A DNA stretch of 64,000 bases from NCBI RefSeq assembly GCF_988243305.1, contig NZ_OZ547136.1, one strand, 5' to 3'. Positions 21,760 to 31,878 of this stretch are shown here, piece by piece. The notes below the pieces were generated by a model. That model had not been told where the DNA came from. It was given only the letters and a program-made list of their open reading frames with translations, and did no database searches. The translations under genes were made by a program, and so were the position numbers. Numbering within the stretch: position 1 is the first letter of the stretch; each line of letters starts with the position of its first letter.

Positions 21760-24700
21760 ATGAGCAAACAATCACAGCATGTATTAATTGCCCTGCCCCA
21801 CCCGCTGCTTCACCTGGTCAGTTTAGGTTTAGTCTCGTTTATCTTTACCCTTTTCTCGCTTGAGCTTTCGCAGTTTGGCACCCAACTCGCCCCACTGTGG
21901 TTCCCGACGTCCATCATGATGGTGGCGTTTTATCGCCATGCCGGGCGTATGTGGCCGGGGATTGCGCTGAGCTGCTCACTGGGAAATATCGCCGCATCCA
22001 TCCTGCTTTTTTCCACCAGCTCGCTGAACATGACCTGGACGACCATCAATATTGTTGAAGCCGTGGTCGGGGCAGTGCTACTGCGTAAATTGCTGCCGTG
22101 GTATAACCCATTGCAAAATCTGGCTGACTGGCTGCGTCTGGCACTCGGCAGCGCCATTGTTCCGCCTCTGTTGGGGGGTGTTCTGGTTATCCTGCTGACG
22201 CCCGGAGACGATCCTCTCAGGGCATTTTTGATATGGGTACTGTCAGAATCCATCGGCGCACTGGCACTGGTGCCACTGGGATTGTTATTTAAACCACACT
22301 ATCTGCTGCGCCATCGCAACCCAAGGTTGCTTTTTGAGTCGCTGCTCACGTTAGCCATCACACTGACGTTAAGCTGGCTTTCGATGCTGTATCTGCCGTG
22401 GCCTTTTACTTTCATTATTGTGCTGTTGATGTGGAGCGCCGTGCGCCTGCCACGAATGGAAGCCTTTTTGATCTTCCTTACCACGGTGATGATGGTGTCA
22501 CTGATGATGGCCGCGGATCCCTCCCTGCTTGCTACGCCGCGTACATACCTGATGAGCCATATGCCGTGGCTACCGTTTTTGCTGATCCTGCTGCCCGCCA
22601 ACATCATGACCATGGTGATGTATGCCTTTCGTGCGGAACGCAAACACATTTCCGAAAGCGAAACCCGCTTTCGGAACGCGATGGAATATTCCGCTATCGG
22701 TATGGCGTTAGTGGGCACCGAGGGACAATGGCTGCAATCCAACAAAGCACTCTGCCAGTTTCTCGGTTACAGTCAGGAAGAGCTGCGCGGACTCACCTTT
22801 CAGCAACTGACCTGGCCGGAGGATCTCAATAAAGATCTGCAACAGGTTGAAAAGCTGATCAGCGGTGAAATAAACACCTATTCAATGGAAAAACGCTACT
22901 ACAACCGCAATGGCGATGTTGTCTGGGCGTTGCTTGCCGTCTCACTGGTGCGCCACACGGATGGCACGCCGCTCTATTTTATCGCTCAGATTGAAGACAT
23001 TAACGAGCTAAAACGCACCGAACAGGTGAATCAGCAACTGATGGAGCGCATCACGCTGGCTAACGAAGCGGGCGGGATTGGCATCTGGGAGTGGGAGCTT
23101 AAGCCGAATATTTTTAGCTGGGATAAGCGGATGTTCGAGCTGTATGAAATTCCTCCGCATATCAAACCGAACTGGCAGGTGTGGTACGAGTGCGTGCTGC
23201 CGGAAGATCGCCAGCATGCCGAAAAAGTGATTCGTGATTCGTTGCAATCACGCTCTCCCTTTAAACTGGAATTTCGCATTACCGTGAAAGACGGCATTCG
23301 CCATATCCGCGCCCTCGCTAACCGGGTACTGAATAAAGAAGGCGAAGTCGAACGCCTGCTCGGCATTAATATGGATATGACCGAGGTAAAACAGCTTAAC
23401 GAGGCATTGTTTCAGGAAAAAGAGCGCCTGCACATTACGCTGGATTCCATCGGCGAAGCCGTGGTCTGTATTGATATGGCAATGAAAATTACCTTTATGA
23501 ATCCGGTGGCGGAGAAGATGAGCGGCTGGACGCAGGAAGAAGCGTTAGGTGTTCCACTCCTGACGGTGTTGCATATTACTTTTGGCGACAACGGACCATT
23601 AATGGAGAACATTTACAGTGCCGACACCTCACGTTCCGCGATTGAACAAGATGTGGTGTTGCACTGCCGAAGCGGCGGCAGCTACGACGTGCATTACAGT
23701 ATTACGCCGTTAAGTACTCTGGACGGCAGCAATATTGGTTCGGTTCTGGTGATTCAGGACGTCACCGAATCGCGCAAAATGCTGCGCCAGCTGAGCTACA
23801 GCGCCTCCCATGATGCACTGACGCATCTCGCCAATCGCGCCAGTTTTGAGAAGCAACTACGCATCCTGCTGCAAACGGTAAACAGTACACATCAGCGACA
23901 TGCACTGGTGTTTATCGATCTTGATCGCTTTAAAGCGGTGAATGACAGCGCCGGGCACGCCGCTGGCGACGCTTTACTGCGCGAACTGGCGTCATTGATG
24001 CTGAGTATGCTGCGCTCCAGCGACGTGCTGGCGCGACTCGGTGGCGATGAATTTGGTCTGCTGCTGCCAGATTGTAATGTCGAAAGTGCGCGTTTTATCG
24101 CTACACGCATTATCAGCGCCGTGAATGACTATCACTTTATCTGGGAAGGACGTGTACATCGGGTAGGTGCCAGTGCCGGGATTACCTTGATTGATGACAA
24201 CAATCATCAGGCGGCTGAAGTGATGTCGCAGGCTGATATCGCCTGTTATGCCTCCAAAAATGGTGGCCGGGGCCGGGTGACGATTTACGAACCGCAGCAA
24301 GCTGCCGCACATAGCGAACGGGCGGCGATGTCGCTTGATGAACAGTGGCGGATGATTAAAGAGAATCAGTTGATGATGATCGCCCACGGTGTCGCTTCGC
24401 CGCGGATCCCGCAAGCGCGTAATTTGTGGCTGATTTCACTTAAGCTCTGGAGTTGCGAAGGCGAGATTATTGATGAACAAACATTTCGTCGTAGCTTCAG
24501 CGATCCGGCACTTAGCCATGCTCTTGACCGACGGGTATTCCACGATTTTTTCCAGCAGGCCGCCAAAGCGGTTGCCAGTAAAGGTATAAGCATCGCCCTC
24601 CCGCTTTCCGTTGCCGGTTTGAGTAGCGCCACGCTGGTGAATGAACTAATTGAGCAGCTGGAAAATAGCCCTCTACCACCACGGTTATTACATCTGATTA

Positions 24701-25077
24701 TTCCGGCAGACGCGATTTTAGATCACGCAGAAAGCGTGCAAAAACTGCGGCTGGCGGGATGTCGGATCGTATTCAGTCAGGTGGGCCGCGATCTGCAAAT
24801 CTTCAACTCGCTGAAAGCGAATATGGCAGATTACCTGCTACTTGATGGTGAGTTATGCGCCAACGTGCAGGGAAATTTGATGGATGAGATGCTGATTACG
24901 ATCATTCAGGGGCACGCTCAGCGGCTCGGGATGAAGACCATCGCCGGGCCAGTAGTTTTACCCCTGGTGATGGATACGCTTTCTGGCATCGGCGTCGATC
25001 TGATTTATGGCGATGTGATTGCCGATGCCCAACCGCTGGATTTGCTGGTGAATAGCAGTTATTTCGCGATTAACTGA
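21760..25077 (+). CDS. dgcE: Diguanylate cyclase: multi-TM sensor, PAS domains, GGDEF domain, degenerate EAL-like C-terminus
   Basis: 1105-aa ORF; polytopic N-terminus; GGDEF motif in RLGGDEFGLLL; no canonical EAL signature seen in the C-terminal domain. Confidence 0.9.
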   Translation: MSKQSQHVLIALPHPLLHLVSLGLVSFIFTLFSLELSQFGTQLAPLWFPTSIMMVAFYRHAGRMWPGIALSCSLGNIAASILLFSTSSLNMTWTTINIVEAVVGAVLLRKLLPWYNPLQNLADWLRLALGSAIVPPLLGGVLVILLTPGDDPLRAFLIWVLSESIGALALVPLGLLFKPHYLLRHRNPRLLFESLLTLAITLTLSWLSMLYLPWPFTFIIVLLMWSAVRLPRMEAFLIFLTTVMMVSLMMAADPSLLATPRTYLMSHMPWLPFLLILLPANIMTMVMYAFRAERKHISESETRFRNAMEYSAIGMALVGTEGQWLQSNKALCQFLGYSQEELRGLTFQQLTWPEDLNKDLQQVEKLISGEINTYSMEKRYYNRNGDVVWALLAVSLVRHTDGTPLYFIAQIEDINELKRTEQVNQQLMERITLANEAGGIGIWEWELKPNIFSWDKRMFELYEIPPHIKPNWQVWYECVLPEDRQHAEKVIRDSLQSRSPFKLEFRITVKDGIRHIRALANRVLNKEGEVERLLGINMDMTEVKQLNEALFQEKERLHITLDSIGEAVVCIDMAMKITFMNPVAEKMSGWTQEEALGVPLLTVLHITFGDNGPLMENIYSADTSRSAIEQDVVLHCRSGGSYDVHYSITPLSTLDGSNIGSVLVIQDVTESRKMLRQLSYSASHDALTHLANRASFEKQLRILLQTVNSTHQRHALVFIDLDRFKAVNDSAGHAAGDALLRELASLMLSMLRSSDVLARLGGDEFGLLLPDCNVESARFIATRIISAVNDYHFIWEGRVHRVGASAGITLIDDNNHQAAEVMSQADIACYASKNGGRGRVTIYEPQQAAAHSERAAMSLDEQWRMIKENQLMMIAHGVASPRIPQARNLWLISLKLWSCEGEIIDEQTFRRSFSDPALSHALDRRVFHDFFQQAAKAVASKGISIALPLSVAGLSSATLVNELIEQLENSPLPPRLLHLIIPADAILDHAESVQKLRLAGCRIVFSQVGRDLQIFNSLKANMADYLLLDGELCANVQGNLMDEMLITIIQGHAQRLGMKTIAGPVVLPLVMDTLSGIGVDLIYGDVIADAQPLDLLVNSSYFAIN

Positions 25078-25091
25078 GGCGTGCTTCCCCA

Positions 25092-25125
25092 TCGCCTGAT
25101 GCGGCGTATCAGGCCTACAATTCGT
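25092..25125. terminator. REP-like palindrome between convergent dgcE and alkA, probable bidirectional terminator
   Basis: cgcctgatgcggcgtatcaggcc hairpin immediately after the dgcE stop; overlaps the alkA 3' end. Confidence 0.5.
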
Positions 25126-25972
25126 CCGTTCCGTCTGGTTGCCAGCCTTCCGTATACCAGATATGCAACAGCGCATAAGAACGCCAGGGCTTCCAGCGTT
25201 CGGCATAACGGCGGATTTGTGCCGGTGTCATTCCCGGAAATCGCTGTTTAATCAGATAATCATCCGGCAGGAAAACATCTTTCGCCTGCCAGCCACGTAA
25301 GGCGAAATAATTCGCCGTCCAGCGCCCGATACCCGGAAAAGTTTGCAGCGTTTTCATCGCTTGCTCTACGTCGCCCGGAAATGTCATTGGTAAGGTGCCC
25401 TCCAGCGCCGCATTTGCCAGATGAATCAGTGCCTCTGCCCGTTTCAACGGCATACCTAACGCTTTTAATGCCTGCGGGTCGGCTGCAGCCAGCCGCTGAG
25501 GCGTGGGGAAGCAGACATAATCCGGAAAATCATCCAGCCGTTCGCCATAAAGCTGTGCCACTCTGGCGGTCAATTTTGCCGCCATCGCCACGCTCACCAG
25601 TTGGCCTAAAATCGCCCGCACGCCCTGCTCAAAAGCATCAACACTGCCGGGTAAACGCAATCCGGGCCGCGCCGCGCCTAACTTGCCCAACGCACCGTTA
25701 ACAATCTGCGGGTTACATTGCAGATCAAACAGGCGGCTCATTTTCGCCAGACACTCTGCGGCAACAGGTTCTAAACCTGCACTTAAATTTATGTGCAGAG
25801 TATGGCGGGCTATATCCGGAATAGCAGTCACCACGCCGCGATATTCGCCCACCGCCAGACTACGGGCATAATAATCGTCAGCGACCGTTTCCACACCGTT
25901 CACCGCACGGGCGGCGAGAAATCCCAACATCCACGACCAGTCATACGGCGGCTGCCAGTTCAGGGTATACAT
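25115..25972 (-). CDS. alkA: 3-methyladenine DNA glycosylase II
   Basis: 285-aa ORF MYTLNWQPPYDWSWMLGFLAARAV...; HhH-GPD fold signature. Confidence 0.95.
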   Translation of the reverse strand: MYTLNWQPPYDWSWMLGFLAARAVNGVETVADDYYARSLAVGEYRGVVTAIPDIARHTLHINLSAGLEPVAAECLAKMSRLFDLQCNPQIVNGALGKLGAARPGLRLPGSVDAFEQGVRAILGQLVSVAMAAKLTARVAQLYGERLDDFPDYVCFPTPQRLAAADPQALKALGMPLKRAEALIHLANAALEGTLPMTFPGDVEQAMKTLQTFPGIGRWTANYFALRGWQAKDVFLPDDYLIKQRFPGMTPAQIRRYAERWKPWRSYALLHIWYTEGWQPDGTDEL

Positions 25973-26020
25973 CGCATCTCCTTGTTAATCCGCTTTCAGC
26001 ATAAACGTTATTCAGACGTT

Positions 26021-26033
26021 ACGCTTTGCTTTC
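26021..26033 (-). promoter_or_regulatory. Candidate Ada box in the alkA promoter region
   Basis: Minus strand reads GAAAGCAAAGCGT about 50 nt upstream of the alkA start, resembling the AAAGCGCA-type Ada recognition element. Confidence 0.35.
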
Positions 26034-26105
26034 ATATTCCGGTTGTCGCGACGGCAACATTTCGCTAAAGTCACGCCCCTTCTTCACCGGCATGGGGATT
26101 ATTTC

Positions 26106-27458
26106 GTGTTTATTGGTTTTGATTACGGTACAGCAAACTGTTCAGTGGCGGTCATGCGCGACGGTAAACCGCATTTGCTAAAAATGGAAAACGACAGCAC
26201 GCTGCTGCCTTCAATGCTTTGCGCGCCAACGCGTGAAGCGGTAAGCGAATGGCTGTACCGCCATCATGATGTTCCGGCAGACGACGATGAAACGCAGGCG
26301 CTGCTGCGTCGGGCGATTCGTTATAACCGCGAAGAAGATATCGATGTTACGGCGAAAAGCGTGCAGTTCGGTCTTTCCTCACTGGCACAGTACATTGATG
26401 ATCCAGAAGAAGTGTGGTTTGTGAAATCACCAAAATCGTTCCTCGGTGCCAGCGGCTTAAAACCGCAGCAGGTAGCGCTGTTTGAGGATCTGGTCTGCGC
26501 AATGATGTTGCACATTCGCCAGCAGGCGCAGGCACAGCTGCCAGAAGCGATTACTCAGGCGGTGATTGGTCGCCCTATCAACTTCCAGGGGCTGGGCGGC
26601 GATGAAGCAAACACCCAGGCGCAGGGGATTCTGGAACGCGCGGCGAAGCGTGCCGGGTTTAAGGATGTGGTATTCCAGTACGAGCCGGTCGCGGCTGGGC
26701 TGGATTACGAAGCCACCTTGCAGGAAGAAAAACGGGTGCTGGTGGTGGATATCGGCGGTGGTACGACTGACTGTTCATTGCTGCTGATGGGGCCGCAGTG
26801 GCGTTCGCGTCTCGATCGTGAAGCCAGCCTGCTGGGTCACAGTGGTTGCCGTATTGGCGGTAACGATCTGGATATCGCACTGGCGTTTAAAAACCTGATG
26901 CCGTTACTGGGCATGGGTGGCGAAACCGAAAAAGGCATCGCCCTGCCGATTCTGCCGTGGTGGAATGCGGTTGCCATCAACGACGTACCTGCGCAAAGTG
27001 ATTTCTACAGTAGTGCCAACGGTCGTCTGCTTAACGATCTGGTACGCGATGCCCGCGAACCGGAAAAAGTGGCCCTGTTACAGAAAGTCTGGCGTCAGCG
27101 TTTAAGCTATCGCCTGGTACGTAGCGCAGAAGAGAGCAAAATTGCGCTTTCAAGCGTAGCGGAAACCCGCGCCTCACTGCCGTTTATCAGCGATGAACTG
27201 GCTACGCTGATTAGCCAGCAAGGGCTGGAAAGCGCCCTCAACCAGCCACTGATGCGGATTCTGGAACAGGTGCAACTGGCGCTGGATAACGCCCAGGAAA
27301 AACCGGATGTCATCTACCTGACCGGCGGTAGCGCCCGTTCGCCGCTGATTAAAAAAGCGCTGGCAGAACAGTTGCCGGGCATTCCGATTGCAGGCGGCGA
27401 TGACTTTGGCTCCGTCACCGCCGGGCTGGCACGCTGGGCGGAGGTGGTGTTTCGTTAA
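26106..27458 (+). CDS. yegD: Hsp70-family (actin-like ATPase) chaperone homologue
   Basis: Track ORF is 471 aa; the conserved N-terminus FIGFDYGTANCSVAV begins at a GTG at 26106 (about 450 aa). Confidence 0.85.
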   Translation: MFIGFDYGTANCSVAVMRDGKPHLLKMENDSTLLPSMLCAPTREAVSEWLYRHHDVPADDDETQALLRRAIRYNREEDIDVTAKSVQFGLSSLAQYIDDPEEVWFVKSPKSFLGASGLKPQQVALFEDLVCAMMLHIRQQAQAQLPEAITQAVIGRPINFQGLGGDEANTQAQGILERAAKRAGFKDVVFQYEPVAAGLDYEATLQEEKRVLVVDIGGGTTDCSLLLMGPQWRSRLDREASLLGHSGCRIGGNDLDIALAFKNLMPLLGMGGETEKGIALPILPWWNAVAINDVPAQSDFYSSANGRLLNDLVRDAREPEKVALLQKVWRQRLSYRLVRSAEESKIALSSVAETRASLPFISDELATLISQQGLESALNQPLMRILEQVQLALDNAQEKPDVIYLTGGSARSPLIKKALAEQLPGIPIAGGDDFGSVTAGLARWAEVVFR

Positions 27459-27470
27459 TTGAAAACTGGC

Positions 27471-29417
27471 TCAGCAACGGCTTAAATCAGCCTGCGCCTG
27501 AGCCAGTTTTTCTGCCGCCTGACGTAACGGTTCCATCAACGGCATGGTCCGTGCTGGAGCATGAAGGCGGAATCGCTGCAACTCTGTCGCACCGACAGTC
27601 AGCGCCGATTCCAGCCGATGTCGTTTGGCGGCCATTTTTGCCATTACCGCTTGTCTGTCTGCAGGCGTTACCGCTTCGTTCGGCCTGAAAACAAAACGGC
27701 GTTCGCAACTCGCTTTCCAGTCGATAACCGCCTGGGTCAGATGATCACCAAAACCTTTTACTTGCTTAACGCTCCGTCGGGTAACGTCTGCCGCCGTTTC
27801 AATACCAAAGGACCGTAACGCCGCTTTACGCGCAGGGCCAACGCCGGGAATAGAGGCAACATCAATAAAAAATCCCTCCAGAAACTTCTGCTTCTGCCGT
27901 TCCCTTGCGGTGTCCTGAAGTGCTGCCAGATCGCGCTTTTCTTCTTCCGGTAACCCAAGAATTTCGTCCTTCATTTTTTCGAGCATCGTCCGTTTGGCGA
28001 TAAAACCTTCCAGCCCGCCCAACCGTTGGATCTGGCTGACTAAATGGTCATAGTCCATTTTCGCGCGATTAAACGCCTCACGGCGTTGCTGGATTTCTGC
28101 TTTGTACGCTTTGCTTGTCAGGCTGCCAATAATCCAGATAGCCGCCAGCACAGGAACCAAAATAATATAACGCGGTTCTGCCTGAAGGCCGCAAAGCAAC
28201 AGCGATAACGCTGACAGTGCGATCTCAATCAGAATGATGTATTCGCGCCGTAACAGGCCTAAAGGAAGCGGCCTGCCAGTCAGTTGGAAATGATCGGGTA
28301 ATGGCAGTTGCAATGCTGGCGGTGCTACTGACGCCATCACCATCGCCCAGACTTTCGCCAGCACAAAATCACCGCTGGTGGTAATGACCTCTTCGCCGAG
28401 ATCAATAAAATAGATAACGCCTTGATTATCCAGCGCACACCACGGGCAGTCAGTCAAATGACCGGGGTAAACATGCATTGCCGAAACGGTACATTTCTTT
28501 AACTGTTGGCGTAGTAAATCAAGTGCCGCAACCCACGCTTTTGCCGTCGGACGCCCGGTTGCCACGCCACTTTCCGTGAATGCCTGCTGAAACATGGTTT
28601 CAACATCGCCCGGTAACATCGACAGCGGAATAGATCGTGGCGGCGGTTTTAAACCACGTCGCTGATTATCTGACGCGTAGGCATAACGGAAATGGGCAAT
28701 ATCCGTCTCCAGTGCATTACCCGCATCAGAGACAAGCGGTACACCGGAATAAGGATGCCGCCCACCAAACAAGACGTGAAAAATCAGCAACGCAAGGCCA
28801 AAATTATCGTGATTCGCGGTGCGTTCAAAGCCGACAAATGATGGCAAGGTTTGCAGCTCTGGCGGCGTAAAATGCGACACGCCGACTTCGCATAAATGCA
28901 GCGTGCCATTGGCGTTAATCTGAAAGGAGTCGCTATCAATCAACACCACTTTGCTGTCACGGCCTACCATAAAGCTGTTCTGGTTTACGTCACCCACGAC
29001 ATGCCCGTGCTCGTGAACCGTAGCAAAAGATGAAGCAATATTGCGCGCAACATAGAGTAGAAAATCCCACGCACAATGAGGGTAACGTTGGCGACGATGT
29101 GCCGGGCTATAGATCATATGAATCGGTTCTTTACCAGAAACTTTTGGCATCATAAAACCGATAACCTTTCCGCCTCGTCCACCGTGAAGCGTTGCCTGCG
29201 GCCAGGCGACATAATTCAACAATTGCGCGTCAGCTGTCGCAGCCATAAAGGCAAGTTTGTCCTGTTTTAAGGCGGGTGGCGGCGTGTGATAAATCTTGGC
29301 GACACTATCGACAAACTCCTCGATATCATAAACCGCGCCTTCGCCACCTTTTCCCAGTTCACGCCCGAGAGTGGTCAATTCACCTGTCGATGTAAATACT
29401 TTTATATTTGTCTTCAT
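27471..29417 (-). CDS. yegI: Hanks-type Ser/Thr protein kinase with two TM helices and a C-terminal helix-hairpin-helix-like motif
   Basis: 648 aa: Gly-rich loop LGKGGEGAVYD, VAKIY lysine motif, catalytic-loop-like HVVGDVNQN, IDSDSF; hydrophobic segments near residues 380-430; GVGPARKAALRSFG near the C-terminus. Confidence 0.88.
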   Translation of the reverse strand: MKTNIKVFTSTGELTTLGRELGKGGEGAVYDIEEFVDSVAKIYHTPPPALKQDKLAFMAATADAQLLNYVAWPQATLHGGRGGKVIGFMMPKVSGKEPIHMIYSPAHRRQRYPHCAWDFLLYVARNIASSFATVHEHGHVVGDVNQNSFMVGRDSKVVLIDSDSFQINANGTLHLCEVGVSHFTPPELQTLPSFVGFERTANHDNFGLALLIFHVLFGGRHPYSGVPLVSDAGNALETDIAHFRYAYASDNQRRGLKPPPRSIPLSMLPGDVETMFQQAFTESGVATGRPTAKAWVAALDLLRQQLKKCTVSAMHVYPGHLTDCPWCALDNQGVIYFIDLGEEVITTSGDFVLAKVWAMVMASVAPPALQLPLPDHFQLTGRPLPLGLLRREYIILIEIALSALSLLLCGLQAEPRYIILVPVLAAIWIIGSLTSKAYKAEIQQRREAFNRAKMDYDHLVSQIQRLGGLEGFIAKRTMLEKMKDEILGLPEEEKRDLAALQDTARERQKQKFLEGFFIDVASIPGVGPARKAALRSFGIETAADVTRRSVKQVKGFGDHLTQAVIDWKASCERRFVFRPNEAVTPADRQAVMAKMAAKRHRLESALTVGATELQRFRLHAPARTMPLMEPLRQAAEKLAQAQADLSRC

Positions 29418-29617
29418 AATGTTTTAAGGGCAGTCATATTATATTTTAATGAATAATAACACTGCCCATTATAATTATTTCCATATTGGAAGAGTCCCAC
29501 TCAAGAATAAAAATGATAATGCAATTTCATCAGGATACAATTCAATTCCAACCTGATAATGATTCACTTCCACAGATTTTTTGCTAACTTTTACTACACA
29601 GGGATTCTGGAAAAAAG

Positions 29618-30079
29618 ATGAAAAAGATATTACTTATGTTGAGTCTGCTATTTTTTACTACCGCGGGCTTTAGTGAAGTTTCGGATACGTTAGTGACGGG
29701 AGGTTATGATAAACAAGCGATGTCTGACGCCATTCAACATGCGCGGAAAGAAACCGATCAATTCATCGAAATTATGAATAAAAAAGATGCCGATACTTTC
29801 GCGGTCAAAGCCCCGATAACCGATCACGGAAGAACAGAGCATTTCTGGCTTACGGATGTCACTTATTCTAACGGCATGTTTATTGGCGTAATAAGCAATG
29901 ACCCTGGTATTGTTACAAACGTAGAATATGGTCAGGAGTGGAAAATCAAGAAAGAAGATATTTCAGACTGGATGTATACGCGCGGGGATAAAATTTACGG
30001 CGGTTATACCATTGATCCTTTATTAGTCACCTATCCAAAAGAAGAAGCCGACGAGCTAAGAGCAAAATTAGTTCGCTAA
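29618..30079 (+). CDS. yegJ: Secreted/periplasmic protein of unknown function
   Basis: 153-aa ORF with N-terminal signal peptide MKKILLMLSLLFFTTAGFS; AT-rich codon usage relative to neighbours. Confidence 0.8.
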   Translation: MKKILLMLSLLFFTTAGFSEVSDTLVTGGYDKQAMSDAIQHARKETDQFIEIMNKKDADTFAVKAPITDHGRTEHFWLTDVTYSNGMFIGVISNDPGIVTNVEYGQEWKIKKEDISDWMYTRGDKIYGGYTIDPLLVTYPKEEADELRAKLVR

Positions 30080-30106
30080 CCAGCCATTATATTGATTGCT
30101 TAAACT

Positions 30107-30134
30107 GGCGGTTGAACTGTTGTCTTCAACCGCC
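30107..30134. terminator. Hairpin between convergent yegJ and yegK
   Basis: ggcggttgaa / 8-nt loop / ttcaaccgcc, a perfect 10-bp stem between the two stop codons. Confidence 0.5.
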
Positions 30135-30143
30135 ATGCGATGT

Positions 30144-30905
30144 TCATTCTGTCCACAGCGCCAGTGCCAACGTTTTATCATCATCCGTACGCTCGTTTAC
30201 CGCCGGGCTGGACAAAAACTGCTTTAACAATTCAGGTAATAAATCGAGTTGTTCCTGCGTTGCTGACGCCAGTCCATTGAAAAACGGGGTAAAAAAAGGC
30301 ACATGCGGAGAATTATTCAACATATTTAACGCCAGCCTCTGAATACCATCCGTAAATGCTGCAACTTTATGCGCACGCTCAGTACTGGTGTAAGTTTCCA
30401 GTCTGGAAACAGCATCGTCATCGGTAATGAAGTGCGTCATGTTGGCATATTCACCCACCATCGGCGTGAGAGGCAATTGCAGACCGTGACCCAAATCTAC
30501 CACCATGCCGCCATCGCCAATCTGCATAATCAAGGTGCCGTCAGGCGATGAAATCAGTCCCAGAAATGTACAGGCAAAATCGCGAACCGCTAATTCTTTG
30601 GCCTCTGCCTCGGCAAAAAGTCGCTGACGAATGGTCAGCACAATATCCGTGGCGAGGACATCATTAAGCCCCAATTCCCCACCCTGCACTTTTTGCGACA
30701 TATAAGCCATCGCTTCATTGACGGCGAGCATCGCGCCTTCGCCACCCTGCGAGACGCTGCCTGCGCCATCAGCGACAAATACCGACAATAATGGCTGCTG
30801 GTCATTTAACCAGGCAACCTGCATCTGGCAGGCATCCTGGCAAGGCAAGTCCGCGCTGATGTGCGACGTTCCAACGGTTGATGCATAGACCAGACGCCAG
30901 CTCAC
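30144..30905 (-). CDS. yegK: PP2C-family Ser/Thr protein phosphatase
   Basis: 253 aa with PP2C-like metal-binding motifs VADGAGS and FTDGIQ; start overlaps the yegL stop. Confidence 0.88.
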   Translation of the reverse strand: MSWRLVYASTVGTSHISADLPCQDACQMQVAWLNDQQPLLSVFVADGAGSVSQGGEGAMLAVNEAMAYMSQKVQGGELGLNDVLATDIVLTIRQRLFAEAEAKELAVRDFACTFLGLISSPDGTLIMQIGDGGMVVDLGHGLQLPLTPMVGEYANMTHFITDDDAVSRLETYTSTERAHKVAAFTDGIQRLALNMLNNSPHVPFFTPFFNGLASATQEQLDLLPELLKQFLSSPAVNERTDDDKTLALALWTE

Positions 30906-31561
30906 ACTGACGTCCAGCCTTTTGGCGCTTCCAGCACAACTTCCGTTCCCGGCGTGGAGCGGGAAACCGAACGCAGCGAACTGGATAACCAGCTAAACAG
31001 TTCACGGAATTGTAATCCCTGCAGTGGCAAAGGCTGACGAACGCTGATTTGTGCCAAAGTCTTCATATCCGCCCCCTGAACACCGATGGAAAAGAAGGCA
31101 AACTTCTTATCTTCTTCCCCCTGAAACACTTTGTTGGCGGCAGCCTGCCACTCATCGGTTGGAGCGCCATCGGTGATCAGGAAAATCCACGGGCGATAAT
31201 AGGAAATACCATTGGCGCGATACTCACGTTTGCGCTCCTCAACCATATCCAGGGCTTTGGTAATGGCGGCCCCCATTGGTGTATCGCCCTGGGCAAACAG
31301 GATGGGCGGGAAAAAATTAGCGGCGCTGGTAAAGGGTTGTTCCACATGCACCGGGCCGAACGTCACAATACCGAGTTCCACTCTTTTTAAGGCCAGCGGA
31401 TCGGCAAGCAGTTCATCGCGAAAGGTAACCAATCCGGCGTTAAGTTCATTAATAGGTCTACCACTCATCGAACCAGAAACATCCAACAGCAAAATGCAGG
31501 GGCAACGTGGTTCCGGGTTACTGGCAAAATCGCTGGTGGCAAACGTGATTTGTTCGCTCAT
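30902..31561 (-). CDS. yegL: von Willebrand factor type A (vWA) domain protein
   Basis: 219 aa with MIDAS motif DVSGSMSG (DxSxS) and downstream ITDGAPTD. Confidence 0.88.
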   Translation of the reverse strand: MSEQITFATSDFASNPEPRCPCILLLDVSGSMSGRPINELNAGLVTFRDELLADPLALKRVELGIVTFGPVHVEQPFTSAANFFPPILFAQGDTPMGAAITKALDMVEERKREYRANGISYYRPWIFLITDGAPTDEWQAAANKVFQGEEDKKFAFFSIGVQGADMKTLAQISVRQPLPLQGLQFRELFSWLSSSLRSVSRSTPGTEVVLEAPKGWTSV

Positions 31562-31742
31562 AAGAAATCCTTTCTTAGAGAATTATTGAGGTCCGGTATC
31601 ATACCGATTGCAATAATGAAATAAGAGCAAACGAAGAAACTTTCAGAATTAGGCCCGGCGGCGCAGAAAATTTTGCTATTCGCCTCGCAAGAACGGAGAG
31701 CCGTCGATTGACACTAAGGGCGGAGTGACATAATTTCAGGAG

Positions 31743-31878
31743 TGAGGGTTAGGGAGAGGTTTCTCCCTCCCCCTGGTGTTCTTAGTAAGCCTGGAAGCTA
31801 ATCACTAAGAGTATCTCCAGTATGATGACGTGCTTCATCATAACCCTTTCCTTATTAAAAGCCCTCTTCTCCGGGAGA
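31743..31878 (+). ncRNA. sibA: Sib antisense sRNA (antitoxin), copy 1
   Basis: Sigma70-like promoter ttgaca (31708-31713) and taattt (31731-31736); transcript fully covers the ibs ORF on the opposite strand; terminator hairpin gccctcttctccgggagagggttt. Ends approximate. Confidence 0.55.
31772..31831 (-). CDS. ibsA: Ibs type I toxin peptide, copy 1 (19 aa, variant)
   Basis: Minus-strand ORF MMKHVIILEILLVISFQAY with SD-like ggaaagg upstream; E and Q replace hydrophobic/Pro positions seen in the other two copies. Confidence 0.55.
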
